Below are positions 14,341 to 29,010 of a DNA stretch of 64,000 nt, one piece after another (within the stretch, counting starts at the first letter, position 1; every line of letters begins with the position of its first letter). This DNA is from the human T2T-CHM13v2.0 reference genome, Homo sapiens, in the NCBI RefSeq assembly GCF_009914755.1, contig NC_060947.1; one strand, 5' to 3'. The notes beneath the pieces were generated by a model. The model was given only the letters and a program-made list of their open reading frames with translations. It was not told the origin of the DNA and did no database searches. The translations under genes and the position numbers were made by a program.

Positions 14341-14420
14341 TTAGCACAAATACTAATAATCAGTGTATTAAGTTCAGCTATTAGCACAAATACTAATAAC
14401 CAGTGTATTAAGTTCAGCTA
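14341..14420. repeat. 40-bp tandem duplication (2 copies, 1 mismatch)
   Basis: ttagcacaaatactaataa(t/c)cagtgtattaagttcagcta x2. Confidence 0.97.
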
Positions 14421-16524
14421 AATTTGTTTAGGCAGCACCACCTATATTAAATTTTTCTCCAAAAGGACACAAAAGGACCCTGACCTAAATATGATCTAAA
14501 CTTTTGTGTCCATGTATGCATGGTCTTTTATGCCATATCAATTGTTTAGTACTCACTGAACACAGAAAATGTTATTTGGAATGTCTGTTGCCAAAACTGG
14601 CATAGTCTCAAAATTTATTGCCTCTGGCAATATCCAAAGAAAAATAAGCTAATCAATATAAAAAATATGTCAAAAATTCAACTCTTTAGAGAAATCTGTA
14701 TGCTCAGAACCATAGTAAAAACATCTTATTAATTGATTGCATCCTTCCCTTTCCATTAAATTGCATGATGTGCAGACATACATAGCAGGCTGATGTATAA
14801 TCAGCTTGACACACTTTTGTGTACAAATGCAGTCTCATACTCATATTTGACTCCAGATCTTTCCTAATAACAAGACAACTCATATATTGACTACCACACA
14901 CTTTGCCTGTCTGCTGCTGTTATTTATCAGACAACTGTACTCATACTTCACTGTTGCAAGTTGTGATTCAGTTAAATCCAAGCAAAAGTGAATTCCTCTA
15001 GTTTCCCTTGCTTTCTGTTGCCAGCTGCATGCTATGCTCTGGAATTCATTCACTGCCACGACTGACTACCCCTTGAGTTTCAAGAAACACATGGCACAGT
15101 TTCTGTGCCCATTTCAAAGCCTTTTGAAAATCCTCAGCTGCAAATAAAGTCAAAGTGTAAAATTGTTTTCTGTATTTTTCTACAGTGAAAACTTGCAGTG
15201 TGCTGAACTCTTTTGAAGAGACTGCTCTCCCATATTTTGTTTTGTTTTACTTTTACCTTCCTAAAAGATGTAGTATCCTCCCTGTTTGTGCAAATTCAGG
15301 TTACATCTAAGTCTTATCCTTTCCTGATTATTCACAAATAAATCATCCTCAAAATAAAGGAAAAAGTCACACAATCCTTCCTACAGCATTAAATTTGTAA
15401 TCACACAAGACAAGTCATGAAATTCAGGATTATGGTTCCCACGGTAACCCTGCCCTTTTCTTACTGTGGATGCTCTACAACACTTTCTTTACATTTAAAA
15501 TGCTTTTTTTACACTGTATTCTAACTCTCAGCATCAGAATCTTGCAAGAGGTATCTGATTAAGTATTCACCTTGCAATATGAACAATGATTTATTAATTT
15601 TTGAAATCCAACTAAAATTAAATAAATCAAAATAGCTAATAGGCATTCTGGCTAGAAGAGAAAATAAGATTTCACATTATAACCAGTTCTATAAATCTAA
15701 CTTGTATTTCCTAATTTAGCCACTAGTTGTCATCTACTCTTTGAGGAATCATCTCCTGAGGGAGGTGGAAACTCATATCCCAATTGGAAATGAAATTAGA
15801 TTATCCTTTATGCTTCAAATATTTTGTGGCATCATAAAATAGATATTAAGTGTTCATAACTTTTCTCTTTTTCCAGAACAGAGTATGTGTATAGCATTTT
15901 GCAATTTTTAGTTTTGATTGTAAATTATCATGCTTGATTGTACAATTATCTTAACTGAATTGTTAAATATAAGAAATATTCTTTATTTATATAGGAGTAT
16001 GATGATACAATGTCAAAAGACTAACAGTTTCTCTTTAGTATGGTATCTCTGGTTGTTAGATATTCAATAGAAAACTAACTGGCCTTGTGATTTCTGTGTA
16101 ATGACCTAAAATAACATTTAAGGTGTGTTTAATCCCCTAAGCCTTATTTGACATTCAAGACTCAAGTTATTCTCTAGTCTGATTATTTTATGTAACCTGC
16201 TTGCTCCAAAAAACGGAACCAAAGTTGCTGAGTTTCTGTCCTTAGTCTTTTATAGTGACTTTTGCTGTGTAACACATAACCTAGGACTTCTATTCAAGAG
16301 ACACGGGATCTCTTTCAACAACATTGTTCAAAAGCCCCTTCAAAAGTAAGCAATCACCACATTTTGATTCTTCTTCCGTTGTACGCATGGATTTGTCCTT
16401 CAGAGCATTTCTCTATAGTGGCCACCTTTCCTTCATGTTTTCATCACCTCATAATTGGATTACTATAATATACTCATAATTAAAATTTTCTTCTGGTCTA
16501 CAAACAATTAAAATCCACTTTGAG

Positions 16525-16709
16525 TTTAGATATCTAATAAAATACAAGATGTCCAGTTAAATCTGAATTTAAGAGAAATGAAAAATAAGTTTTATATAAG
16601 TATGTCCTAAATATTACATGGGATATATTTATACTAAAAAGTATTTATTCTATGAAATTCAAATTTGCATTGGAGTCATGCATTTATATTTGCTAAACTT
16701 GGCATCTCA
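16525..16709. mobile_element. MER53 palindromic hAT-type MITE
   Basis: ataaaatacaagatgtccagttaaatctgaattt...tataagtatgtcctaaatattacatgggatatatttatac...gaaattcaaattt...tttgctaaacttggca, which is self-complementary about its centre. Confidence 0.85.
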
Positions 16710-17324
16710 GTGAGCCAGGAATTAATCTTTATTGTATCACAAATGGTAAGAATCCATCCTTTCCACAGAAATCCAGAGAGCAGTAATAAATTCAGTGTGA
16801 ATAGAAGAGATAGGAGCCTCTGAAGTAATATGAAAACTATCCAATTTCTTATGACCTTTGCATCTGGTAAGGAAGTGCTGATAGCACCATAAAGCTAGGC
16901 TGTCCATAAAGGTAGGGGAAGTATGTAATTATGTACTTTTTGCTATTTGAGAAGCTCTTAGAAATCTTACCTACTCTGTAATATTCTCCCAATCTCCTCT
17001 CCATGCATCCTCTTTGAAAAATGCGAATATTTCTGGGAAGGTTAATATTTTATATACCTGAAAAAAAGACTTCTGAGAGGAATAACATAATATACACCTT
17101 AGAGAGAATATATTTCATCAGGTGCTTTTTTATTAGACTAAAAGTACAGGGAAGCAGTAAAGCATGGGATACTGGGCTGGGCAAGTGGGGTGAGAACATC
17201 TAGGAAAGGTAAGAAATGGTAGAGCAAGATAAGATAAAACTGAGAAAGGCATAAACTTAGACAAGCCCAAGCTGTGGTCCTGTCATCAAACCAAGTCAAA
17301 AAAACACATAGCTTTGTTTTATGA

Positions 17325-17540
17325 GAGGCAGTACCTCAGTAATAAAGAGTGTAGACTCTGAAACCACACTACCTAGGATTGAATCTCAAATCTGCCTCTA
17401 TTATAAAACAAGAATAATATTAGTACCCATCATATGGGGTTTTGTGACTGTGAGATAAAATGATAAATGCAAAGTACTTCTAAGAGTGCCTGGCACATAG
17501 GACTTACTCTATGAGTTAGTATTTTCATTGCTATTATCAT
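17325..17540 (+). mobile_element. MIR (internally deleted)
   Basis: aagagtgtagactctgaaaccacactacctaggattgaatc ... agagtgcctggcacatag. Confidence 0.7.
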
Positions 17541-17628
17541 TGCCAAGTAAATTTTAAAAACTCATTGTATCTATTCTTTTTACTTATTTTTTCTAATTAT
17601 TGATTTCATGAGGGTACACATCTATTCT

Positions 17629-17957
<329 letters not shown>

Positions 17958-20529
17958 ATTCAGTTAATTTAATGGACTAAAACACCTTATAGTCACTTTG
18001 CTGAGAGAAAAGAAGAGTAACAAGGAAAATATTTGTCTCCAGTATCATCTTCAGAGCATTTCATCCCCCAACCTCCAGATCCTCAGAGTTTAGCAGAGAT
18101 AGTTTGGTGAAGTGAACACTCATACTGGTCACAGTCTCCCAAATTGGTCTCTTTCAATATTCTTAAAAGATACAATGTTGGCATGGCCATTATTAAAACT
18201 ACAGTGAAAAGCCCTTAGAGCAATCCATTGGGAATAACATCCTTTAGATATATAGCGGAGGTAATCAAAAGAGTTTCTTATCTATGTGCTAGTTTCCTCA
18301 CCAAACAACAGTGCACACTGGTTTCCTTTGATGACAGAATCCTGCTTCCCGCTCATGCAAAATATTCTGGCCCTGTCCACATTGCCCAGTGTATTCTCTC
18401 CTAGTCATCAACATTTCCATCTATAGTTTTCAGTAGTTAAACCTGCATGAGCATCTGCCTCCAGGAGACAAATTCAAAGTCACTGCACAAATATGGATAT
18501 ATATGAAAATTAAATGCAAAGACAATAAAGGAAAGACAAACATATCATTATATGTTCTTTTGAGTTTAGCCTTTCTTGGTAAACTGGTCACGGTTTACAT
18601 TCCTGGTTGTATGAGATTATGCTTAATGCATTAAAAGAAAAAATAGAGAAAGAGAAATAGGATATCATGGTTTTAAAGCTTAAAAACACTTGACTTATAT
18701 CCATATCACTTTTTTTCCTTTTGGAGTCATCTTGAAATTTTTATCTTTAGGACAGAAGCTGGGATTCTAAAGCATAGTTAGAATATGTACCACTGCTTTT
18801 TTTTTTTTCTTAGAAAAGAAAGATTGTGTCAGAAAACAATAATCTTTTTGACAAATAACAAAGAATTCAGATAAGCACTGCTAACTGCTCTAGGGTGTAG
18901 CTGTACTAGACACAGGGTACGTCAAGCAGTCTGTTCTTTAAAATCACCTGCACTTCTGTCTGCATTGTCATTGATATGGCAATAGTCCATGAAGAGTTCC
19001 CAGAGAAATAAAAATTTAATATCTTAACCTGCCACTATCTCAGGACGAGGGCCCTGAGAATGACAGCTGTAATATTTCAGGAAAAATGCTCACCAGATTT
19101 TACTTCCTAATTCCCTCCTGCTTTCATATAGAACCTCATGTTTGAGATAGAACCGTCTCTGGTTAAATAAAGAGTTGAGAAGCCAGGCTTAAATTAATTT
19201 TCTGCTCAATGTGTGTCTTCTTGTACATCTTTGGTCTACTTACATAGCTTCACCGTATTTCATCAGTTTATTGATCTGTAAAAAAGCCATAACGGTGCCT
19301 ATTCCTCAGTTGTATTTGGAGGTTAATTTCCTGGAGTGCTTACATGGGAAAAAAGTAGTATGATTTCCATCTTCCAAACTATACAGTGACACTTCCTGGT
19401 ATGCTGTCAACTCTCTGATTCAGTCTTGATAATATGTCTCCCAAGTTGGCACTAGAGAGATATGAAAATTGAAAAGGATTCAAAATCACAACACATACCA
19501 TGCTCATATAAAACATAATTTCATCCTATTTTATAACCCACCTACCTTTTATCTAAGCCTCATTATCTTTCCATTCCCCCAAAGACTGAATTTTCTACAT
19601 CCAATCTCCATGCTGCACTAATCATTCTTTGCAACCTACCAAAATACAAAGCATGTTATAATTTGCTATGTAATTCTGCAGTTGATATTTCCTACACAGT
19701 TTGTCACCTCTCCCAGGTCTCTGCATCCTCACTCTTTATGTATGGTTTCCATCTGCTGCTCCTCCTTACACCTCATCAATAAAGATCCATGATTTTGGAA
19801 GTTATAGGTTCTAGAAATCCCTCATCCCATAAACTCTGCTTTGGTTAAAAAAAAAAGACAATTTGCACACATTGTTCATTGAAGGTCATTATTTTTTATT
19901 GAAAATCTACTTTTTGCACACTGTGTTGCCTGAAAGGCACAGAAAAAGCTTATAAGAGAACAGTGATAGATAATCATTTGATATGGCTATCAAATGATTA
20001 TAAGTTTTGTGCACATTGTAATGAAATTATACGAATATATCTATGTGTCATTTGTTTTTATGGTATCAAAAAACTTTTGAAAAATATATATTATCTACTC
20101 CATGACTATGCCCTAAAAGAAGAGAAATGGGTTTTGTAAAGGGATTTGGGGTCTTACTACATATCCAGACTTTCAACCAATCTTCTTGTTTCTATTTACC
20201 CCAAACCAGTAAAATCTGCCTTCAGAGTTTCTTAGTCCCTTCAGTTTCTAAACATAAGCCTTCCTAAGCCTTTCTATTGTGTTATAGGAATTTACTTCTC
20301 CCTCTGCGGATATTTAAATTTTAACTATTCCTCCTCTGTTACATAAATAACTATACATCCATTTACTTTCTGTCTTCTAAAATGTGTAGATATGTCTAGT
20401 CTTCTGAGTTTCCTCTCCCATTCTCTTTGTCCTTGTGGTTTTATACCTTTTTAGTTGCTTGTATTGTCATACTCTTAAGAGCTTCAAGAAGTGGCTTGGA
20501 TAAACACATGTGTTTACCTAAAAGTCCCA

Positions 20530-20920
20530 TTGAAGTACTTTAGTTAGGGGAGATATATGATCAGATATACATTCCATAAAAGATAACTCAGGCAGTGTTA
20601 TGGACAGAATGATTTTCAGGAAGGCAAGACTGGAGATAAGAAAAGCTGGAAGAGATGAGTAAAGACTGAACTAAAGTTGTAGCAGTGAGTATACGGAGGA
20701 GGCGCCATATATTAAAAATGCTAAGGAGGTAGAATCACTAGGAAGTGATTTTGAAATGAATGTAAAAGTTTATATCTCTATCACAATGGAACTAGCAAAG
20801 GGAAAACAAGCTTAGGTATGCAGTTAGAAACACCCAGTAGACAGTGGACTATACATAACAGAAATTCTGTGGAGAGGTATAGGCTGGAAATACAGATTTG
20901 GGAGCCATTCAAATAGATAT
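20530..20920 (-). mobile_element. L2 fragment
   Basis: atgatcagat...aaagataactcaggcagtg...gcaagactggag...ggagaggtataggctggaaatacagatttgggagccat. Confidence 0.65.
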
Positions 20921-21029
20921 GCTATAACTTGTCAGAAACACACTTCCACCAAATTAATACTAAAAATAGTTATTAACTAGAGATAAGATTTTGTTATAGT
21001 TCAGTGACTTTAGATCTTTCTGAAGTGTG

Positions 21030-21039
21030 ACACACACAA

Positions 21040-21083
<44 letters not shown>
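21030..21083. repeat. (CA)n(TA)n microsatellite
   Basis: Visible dinucleotide run. Confidence 0.95.
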
Positions 21084-21084
<1 letters not shown>

Positions 21085-21209
21085 ACGTGCATATCGTCAT
21101 CATTTTAGGAAAGCATTCTCAAATGCATATAAAATTATTATGCCTATCACACATAATTTTGTATATAAACAACATCATCTAATACTACTCTCAACATATT
21201 TTATAATTA

Positions 21210-21327
21210 GGTGGGTTGGACAGTATCTGACTGTCATGACATTGATCACCAGGTTTGATTCTGGGCATCTAACTTGCTAGGTATAGTTCACGCCTTCCTC
21301 ATTTCTCTAAATATGTCTCTCCCAAAG
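21210..21327 (+). pseudogene. Degenerate 7SK snRNA retrocopy (5' ~130 nt)
   Basis: ctgtcatgacattgatcaccaggtttgattctgggcatctaacttgctagg...ccttcctc aligns with 7SK CTGTCACCCCATTGATCGCCAGGGTTGATTCGGCTGATCTGGCTGGCTAGG...CCTTCCTC. Confidence 0.8.
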
Positions 21328-21710
21328 ATAAGTCCTCACAAAAAATAAATAATCAAGTTGAAATTTAATTATGATTATATGTCAATCTTTTTATGGCAGT
21401 AAAATAACTGCATAGTCCTACTGGTCTTTGCTCTAATATTGTTTAAAAAGATTGGGAAAAAGACACATCTTTTATGCTGTATAAATTCCCATTTCTGCCA
21501 TGCTTATGAAAACATTTTTTTTCCTTCAAGCAGAAACAATAAACAAATTCCATATTTTTCCGACAAGGGGTGGATTCTTCCATTTTACTTATTATTGTTA
21601 TAAAGCATAAAGCACATTCATGTTCCAAAAAAAAGCTTTTATTTTGTTATAAATAATATGCCATCTTTGAGAGTGAAGAAATATAAATTATACCATTAGA
21701 AAATAGTGTA

Positions 21711-21996
<286 letters not shown>

Positions 21997-24556
21997 TTAA
22001 TCTGCAAATTATAAATTTTTATCTCTGAACAGAAATTACCTTCTGGCAAAATTCAGTAACATACATTCATCTCCTATTATTGTCTTTCTTCTCTCAAATA
22101 GCCTTTTAAGGAAAAGATCTTTTAATATAAACGGATTCAGTTAAATTATATTAGAATCTGCATAAAGAAAAGTATGCTTATTCACTTTTGATTATAGTCA
22201 TCGTTAAGTTTTCATGTTGGTGCTTTTGTTTTGGCAAGTTCACTGTCAGGAGCCCCCAGGTTCAGCTGTGCAACAAGCAGCTTCACAACTCACTGTCTCC
22301 CATGGAGATTCTATGCAGTAGAGAAAACTAATGGTAATTTGTTATCTTTACAAGCTCAAGAGTAGATGCTTGTGTCAAAGTCTTGGATTCTTGTCTCTGT
22401 CAATATTTCATGATAAAAGTAAAGGTGATATTGAGTGTTTCTACAGGGTTAGGATCAAAGTTGTCTCCTGATGATCCTTACTTTCCTGTATATTTTGGCC
22501 TCAAAAACATCATTTCCCCAAATTCCAGCATCCTAGCACGTGATAGTAAGTGATTGTTTATACATAAAATACCCAATAAGCATTTTTATCAGGATTATAT
22601 ATTTTTATCCCTTTGGGGGTCTTTTGCTTTTTTCTCCAAGCATGTACTTCAAAGAGACAACTATTCCACCACACTAGGAAACTTTCCTTTTTCCTTCATT
22701 TCCTTCCTTCCTCTTTCTTTTCACCTCACGATTTGCCTGTTTGCAATGTTCTATTTGTCCAGCTAACGGAGATTTTAATTACACAAAAGTACCACTTCAA
22801 CTATGAGTTCCAATTAAAATTATGAATTCCAAACTATCCATGATTCACCAAGTTCATTAACCTGATTGATTTGAAAATAAATGTTTAAAATCATTTCCAA
22901 ATGGTGCTATGCACGACAAACATAGTCATACTTGGTCGAAACGAATTTGGCAGCATATACAATTCTTGGCACCAACATATTTACTCCCCCAGCCCCCTAT
23001 TCACTGAAGAACAACAAAATGTTATTTTGCTGCTAAAGGCACAGAATTATTATCTTTCAAGTGTCAAACTGATGTCATAGTTAAGTACTGAGGTATAAAT
23101 ATGAGTATAGTTTACTTACAAGTATGCATAGCTAACAGGTCTTGTTAAGTGCACACTTTACTGTGTTTTCTCTATAAATTTTCTATAAACTCATATATGC
23201 AGATCCTAATTAATCCAGAGACTTGTGGATACGTGAATTCATAGTATACTAGCATCACAATTCATAGAAAAGGCACAGGTGAGAAAACATAGCCCAGAAG
23301 GCTGAAATTCTTTGGCTAAAGTCCCACTCTCTTGCATGTAAAACTAAATCATTCTCTTTATATATGTTTATTTACTGGGGTGTTATGCTCTAGAGAAAGA
23401 AGAAAATAAAATGAAAATCACTTGTTCTGAGTGCAGTGTTGATGATTAAAGTACTAAGATTAAAAGAAGCCTATACCCACAATAGGATCTGCCATTTGTT
23501 CATTTTACAAAACCAAATATTATTCCTTTCTTGTTTCTCTAACACCAAACACACAAACACAGGTTGAAAGAGCAGGATTAGTATTTCTGCTGTAAGCACT
23601 CATTACAAACCTGAATTTTCATTAAAATGTATGCCTAGGCTGCAATTTAACACCTATAATTATCTTCATCCTTTTGCAGATAAGGCAGGAGGATTTGAAG
23701 GGTTTGAAAAAGACCTTTTTTAAAATAGCCAGAAAAAAATTACAGTGAAACACTTCTCTTTCATCAGGGTATAACTGATCAAATATTTTCTAATCCATTT
23801 CCTAAAGGAAAGCTACTGCTGCTCATTAGAAAATGTGGTCTTATTTTTTACTCATAGTTGAAAAGTCAAAGACAAGAACTATGAATAGAATTTGAATTAA
23901 GACTTACAGATACAAGTAAACAAACTCTGAAAATAATAGCTAGAACTATATACATAGCTGGCCCAAGGCAAAATTGTGAAGTAAGTGAAGCCTAATTTCA
24001 GTACTAAAAAAAAATGCGAATGTGTCTGAACCAATGCTTGGCACATAGCAATCACTTGCTAAAATTTCCCCTAGGCTCTTTATTCCTATTCTTTCAGTGT
24101 TTTTTGTTTGTTTGTTTGTTTGTTTTTATTCACAGATATCTTTGTACCATCATCCAGGTACCTCCATAGTATCTTTATGCTGAATGCCCTTACCATTCTC
24201 CAGCTAATCAAACTCATTCTCACCAGATAATGTCCTGTATTCTTTCTCGGAAAATCTCTTTCCAATAGGTTTTTTGTTGGAAAAGATCTGATCAATTAAT
24301 TCTCACTTAAGGATTAATAACACTTCATTACTTAATACATTATCCCTCCCAGAGCTATTAGCATCTTTAAGGGTACCATCAAATCTCCACATCAGAAGAG
24401 TGATTAATGATTATTGCAAGCACCAGCAGGGAGCTCTTGGGGAGTATAATTGTGTTATTGTAAAGTACATCATTTTAAGTTTCCTCTATCTATGCTCATG
24501 GACAGCAATACATTCCAGAGGGCCTTTAAAACATTAAATATGTATCTTAGGATGTA

Positions 24557-24884
24557 CAGATATAGTATCTCTTATCCAAAATACTTGGGACCAGAAGTGT
24601 TTCAGATTTCAGATTCTTTTCAAGTTTGGGGATATTCGTATATACGTAATGAGATATCTTGGGGATGGGGCCCAAGTCTAAACACAAAATTTACTTATGT
24701 TTTATACTCACCCCATACACATAGACTGAAGGTAATTCTACACAATATTTTAATTAATTTTGTGCACCCATCACATGAGGTCAGGTGTGGAATTTTCCAC
24801 TTGTGACATCATGTTGGTATTCAAAAACTGTTGGATATGGAACATTTTGGATTTTGGATTGTTGGATTAGAGATGCTCAACCTG
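24557..24884. mobile_element. Tigger4/Zombi-type MITE
   Basis: TIR-like ends cagatatagtatctcttatccaaaat / ggattagagatgctcaacctg, flanked by TA dinucleotides. Confidence 0.85.
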
Positions 24885-25584
24885 TAATAAAAGACTAAAC
24901 TAACACTGCACAGGTACATTCAAACAGTAAAATATGTCATATATTCCTTCTCCTCATCCTTTGGGGTAAGCAGAGGTAGACTTTAAGTGTTTCTATTCCC
25001 TGACTCCTCCCCCACTTCTGAAAGTGCTGTTAACAGTAATCCTGTTAATAGCTGCCTCTGTAGCCAATAAGCTTCCTTATTTAAGATATGTGCAAAAATT
25101 TGCTAACTTCATGGTTTGAGGAATGCTCTCAAAGTTGCAGTAACTAAAGTTTCCATTGACCTCACTGAAACATGAGACTCACTAGCTTCACACCACTCTA
25201 ATTAACACCCACACTATTTCCTGAGAAAACTGATTGTACTTCCAACTTAATCAGGCTTCTGGCAATAGAAATGGTAAACATAAAAAGTAATGTCTAAAAA
25301 CTGATTTTAAAAGAGCCTCTTTCTTTTTCTCGTGATTTGCCTGCATGAAACAGAAATTATTAGTAACTATTTTTTTTTCCTGGTTCAAGTGACTCCTTTT
25401 CATTATATCATTATACCTTTGCTTGGGCTGTTTCTTCCACTGTCAAGGCCTCCTCACTCCCATGACTTAGTCAATTCAGCCTGTCAAAGCACCCAATAAC
25501 CATGAAGATAACTGCTTACCTGCACCAGCATCTTTCATGCCATACAGATTCTGTGTTCTAAGATAAGCTAAGGTGCCCTTTTAA

Positions 25585-25752
25585 TGCTCACTATATACCA
25601 TGTTTCTCATTTCTTTGTTACAGCATCCTGTGAGTTACATAATATTATCCTCATTTTACACAGATGGGACTCAAAGAGGTTAAGTCATTGATCAAGGTTA
25701 TGCAACTAGTAACATGTAGATCCCAGATTAAAACCCTGGATGGTCTAACTCT
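25585..25752 (-). mobile_element. MIR
   Basis: cagcatcctgtgag...tattatcctcattttacacagatgggactcaaagaggttaagtcattgatcaaggttatgcaactagt. Confidence 0.7.
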
Positions 25753-26669
25753 GTCTGTCTACATGACCTACACAAATGGTCGTTCTCCTACCAGTTGAAT
25801 CCCCCTAGTCTTTGCTCCATCCTTGTCCACATATTCATCTTTCTCAAATGTTCTCATTCATTTAAATTAGCCAAATCCTGACCCAGCTGGATCTAGAGAT
25901 AACGTAATGAAGGTAATTTACTTTCCTCGCTGCCCCAAGTGACTTGTAGAGAGTTTTGAAGAGGCACAGACTAAACAGAGGGACCTCAAGAGTTATAACA
26001 AAGAGACTCGTTCACTTGCTTTTTTGCTAAGGTGGGCAGTTGAAGTGATATCAATATGGGCAACTGGTACTCCAATGTGCAAGCAGCCTAGAAGGTCAGG
26101 AGGAAAAGGGTGTGCAAGGCAGTGAAGCATTTCCCTGGTACTGTCAGACAGATAAATGTGGTTTTCATGGACCAAACACTAAGGCTAAATTGGCCAGAAT
26201 TTTAACTTTTTATGCGCATAATTTACTATCACATAGATATGTCTCTACACTGGATAAGCCCATGTGCAAGGAAAAAAAAAACTAAGATCCACTTGTTAAA
26301 AGTAAAAAGATAACATCTCAAAAATTTTACACCTAAATGAATAAACTAAAGCAGGAATCATCTTTATCACAGGCAATAATATAAAAAGTGGTCTTCTCAT
26401 TATTAATTTTTCCTTTTGTTCCTTCTTTTCCCTCATGTCTTCTATTTTTCTGAAGATTACACTGAATGCAACAATATCATTCTCAGAATATGCTGTTTTC
26501 TAGTTTTAGAGCACTTTTCCAGGAAACCTGTACAACATTGTTCCTGTGTGGCTAATGCATTCACTCTGATGAGGATCTCTCAGCAGCGTTGTCCTCATGA
26601 CCAGTTGAAAGTAATTTTTCACAAAGTTGGGTTCTAGTCATGTCATTATGGAGAACCCCATATGCAGTC

Positions 26670-27037
26670 TGATATGGCTTGGATTTGTGTCCTCACCCAA
26701 ATATCATGTCAAATTATAATCCCCAATGTTGGAAGAGGAGCCTGATGGTAGATGATTGGGTCATGAGGTGGTTTCTAATGGTTTAACACCATCCTACTTG
26801 GTGCTGTTCTCATGATAATGAGAGAGTTCTCAAGAGATCTACTTGGTTAAAAGTGTGTAGCACTCCTCCCCCTCTCTCTCTTCCTCCTGTTCCAGCTATG
26901 TAAGATGTGCCTGCTTCCCCTTCACCTTCTGCCATGGTTGAAAGTTTCCTGAGGCCTCTCCAGAAGCGGTCATGCTTCCTATACAGCCTGTGAAACCATG
27001 AGCAAATTAAACCTCTTTTCTTTATAAATTACCAAGT
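26670..27037 (+). mobile_element. MST (MSTA/B) solo LTR, 3'-clipped
   Basis: tgatatggcttggatttgtgtcctcacccaaat...aattaaacctcttttctttataaattacc. Confidence 0.88.
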
Positions 27038-28629
27038 TTTACACAGATCAGCTGTCCGAATATAGAAAAACAACCTAAAGTTTCTCCACCATTGAAAAAC
27101 TTCTATATGGCACACTCTTCCTATACAATTTGTTAGACTAAGTAAGAAGAGGTACAAGGCAGCTTAATAAGCAAAAATTAGATTACATAATTTTTGCACT
27201 CTATTGGTCTCTGTACTAGCCTCCAAGTCTCCAGAATTGTCATCTGATGCCAGACATCCAACATACCCTTGTAGACTCTTATAGAGTACCACTTCTGTTT
27301 TTTACTGAACTATCAACTCAGGTGTGGGGTCACTCATCCTCAATATTCATAAAAGGAGACAAAAGCCTAAGGGTATGGGGACATGGAGAAAGTGCTCATT
27401 AAATAAAGTTTCTCTCTGTTTTGACATACGTGGTTAACATTGCTTATTTTGTCCCTCGATTTGACTTGTTACCTTTTCTTTCGGATTATAACTCTACTTC
27501 TGCATTCCCTGGTTCTAGGTTTTTGAATAGTGTCTCTTCTTGGCATGCTCTTAACTCTGACCCATTCATTTTCATCAGAACATCAGAACCTGGCCTGCAT
27601 GTCAGATTATTTATCCTTTTATAGTAAATCTTAAAAGTAGGTAGGGTATATTATTCTGAATTAAGGACAGAAAGAGAAAAAAAATGTTAATAGTTGGAGG
27701 GTATGGGTAGGCATGTGGGCAGGTTAAAGGAGACAAGGAAAATTGCAATTGCTTGTGCTGTCAATATGGCAACCATTTTGGAGATAAACAAATGAGAATC
27801 ATGTTATCTTTCAAATCAATGCCATGGTCAAAATGTATAGGTGCCTTAGCAACAGAATTTTCCTTCAACTCTTTCAATAATTGCTTCATTGCTGAATTTA
27901 CCTGTTCATGACTGTCTTCACAGATTATTTTTTCAGCTCAAGGTGGAAACATTGTAAGATCTTTTCTACCTAGAGATGTCTTTTCTTCATTAGACCACTT
28001 TATATGAATAACAAATAGTAGATATATGCTTTTTATTTGAGATAATTTTAGTATCAATTCTGAAAATATTATTGTCAATGCTCATATGTTAATCAGTCAT
28101 ATAATTGTCTGATCAGAGAATTATTTTTCTGTAAATGAAAATTCAACATAATAAGCATCTATTGAGTGCTTATTTATATGATAGATACTGTGATACAGAC
28201 ACCATTGTTTCACCACATACACCAGTCAGATGGAGGTAATGTGGAGAGGACATTTATATCCATTACACAGAGCAGCTATTTATATGGCTCAAGAGACAGA
28301 AGAGTGGCATATTGACTCTATCTTAATATATACTTTTATGATCATTGTACTATAAATATCTCAGGGGAATTATTATTAAAGTAGTGTAGCTACCTCCTTT
28401 TACCATGTATAGAGTAAGATAATCAGTTTGGAAAATGAAAACTTTAAAAAGCAGATGCTCATAGATATGTGAGTTAAACAAGGTCATATGACCTGCACAA
28501 GGTCATGAGAAAAGCTTGACTGAATGAAAATTAGGGAAGTTATATATGCTTCTCACACATCCTAAAGCACAAGACTAGAATGTCTCAAAGTTCTGTCATC
28601 ACTTTAAAAATTTACTTACCCTTTTCTAA

Positions 28630-29010
<381 letters not shown>

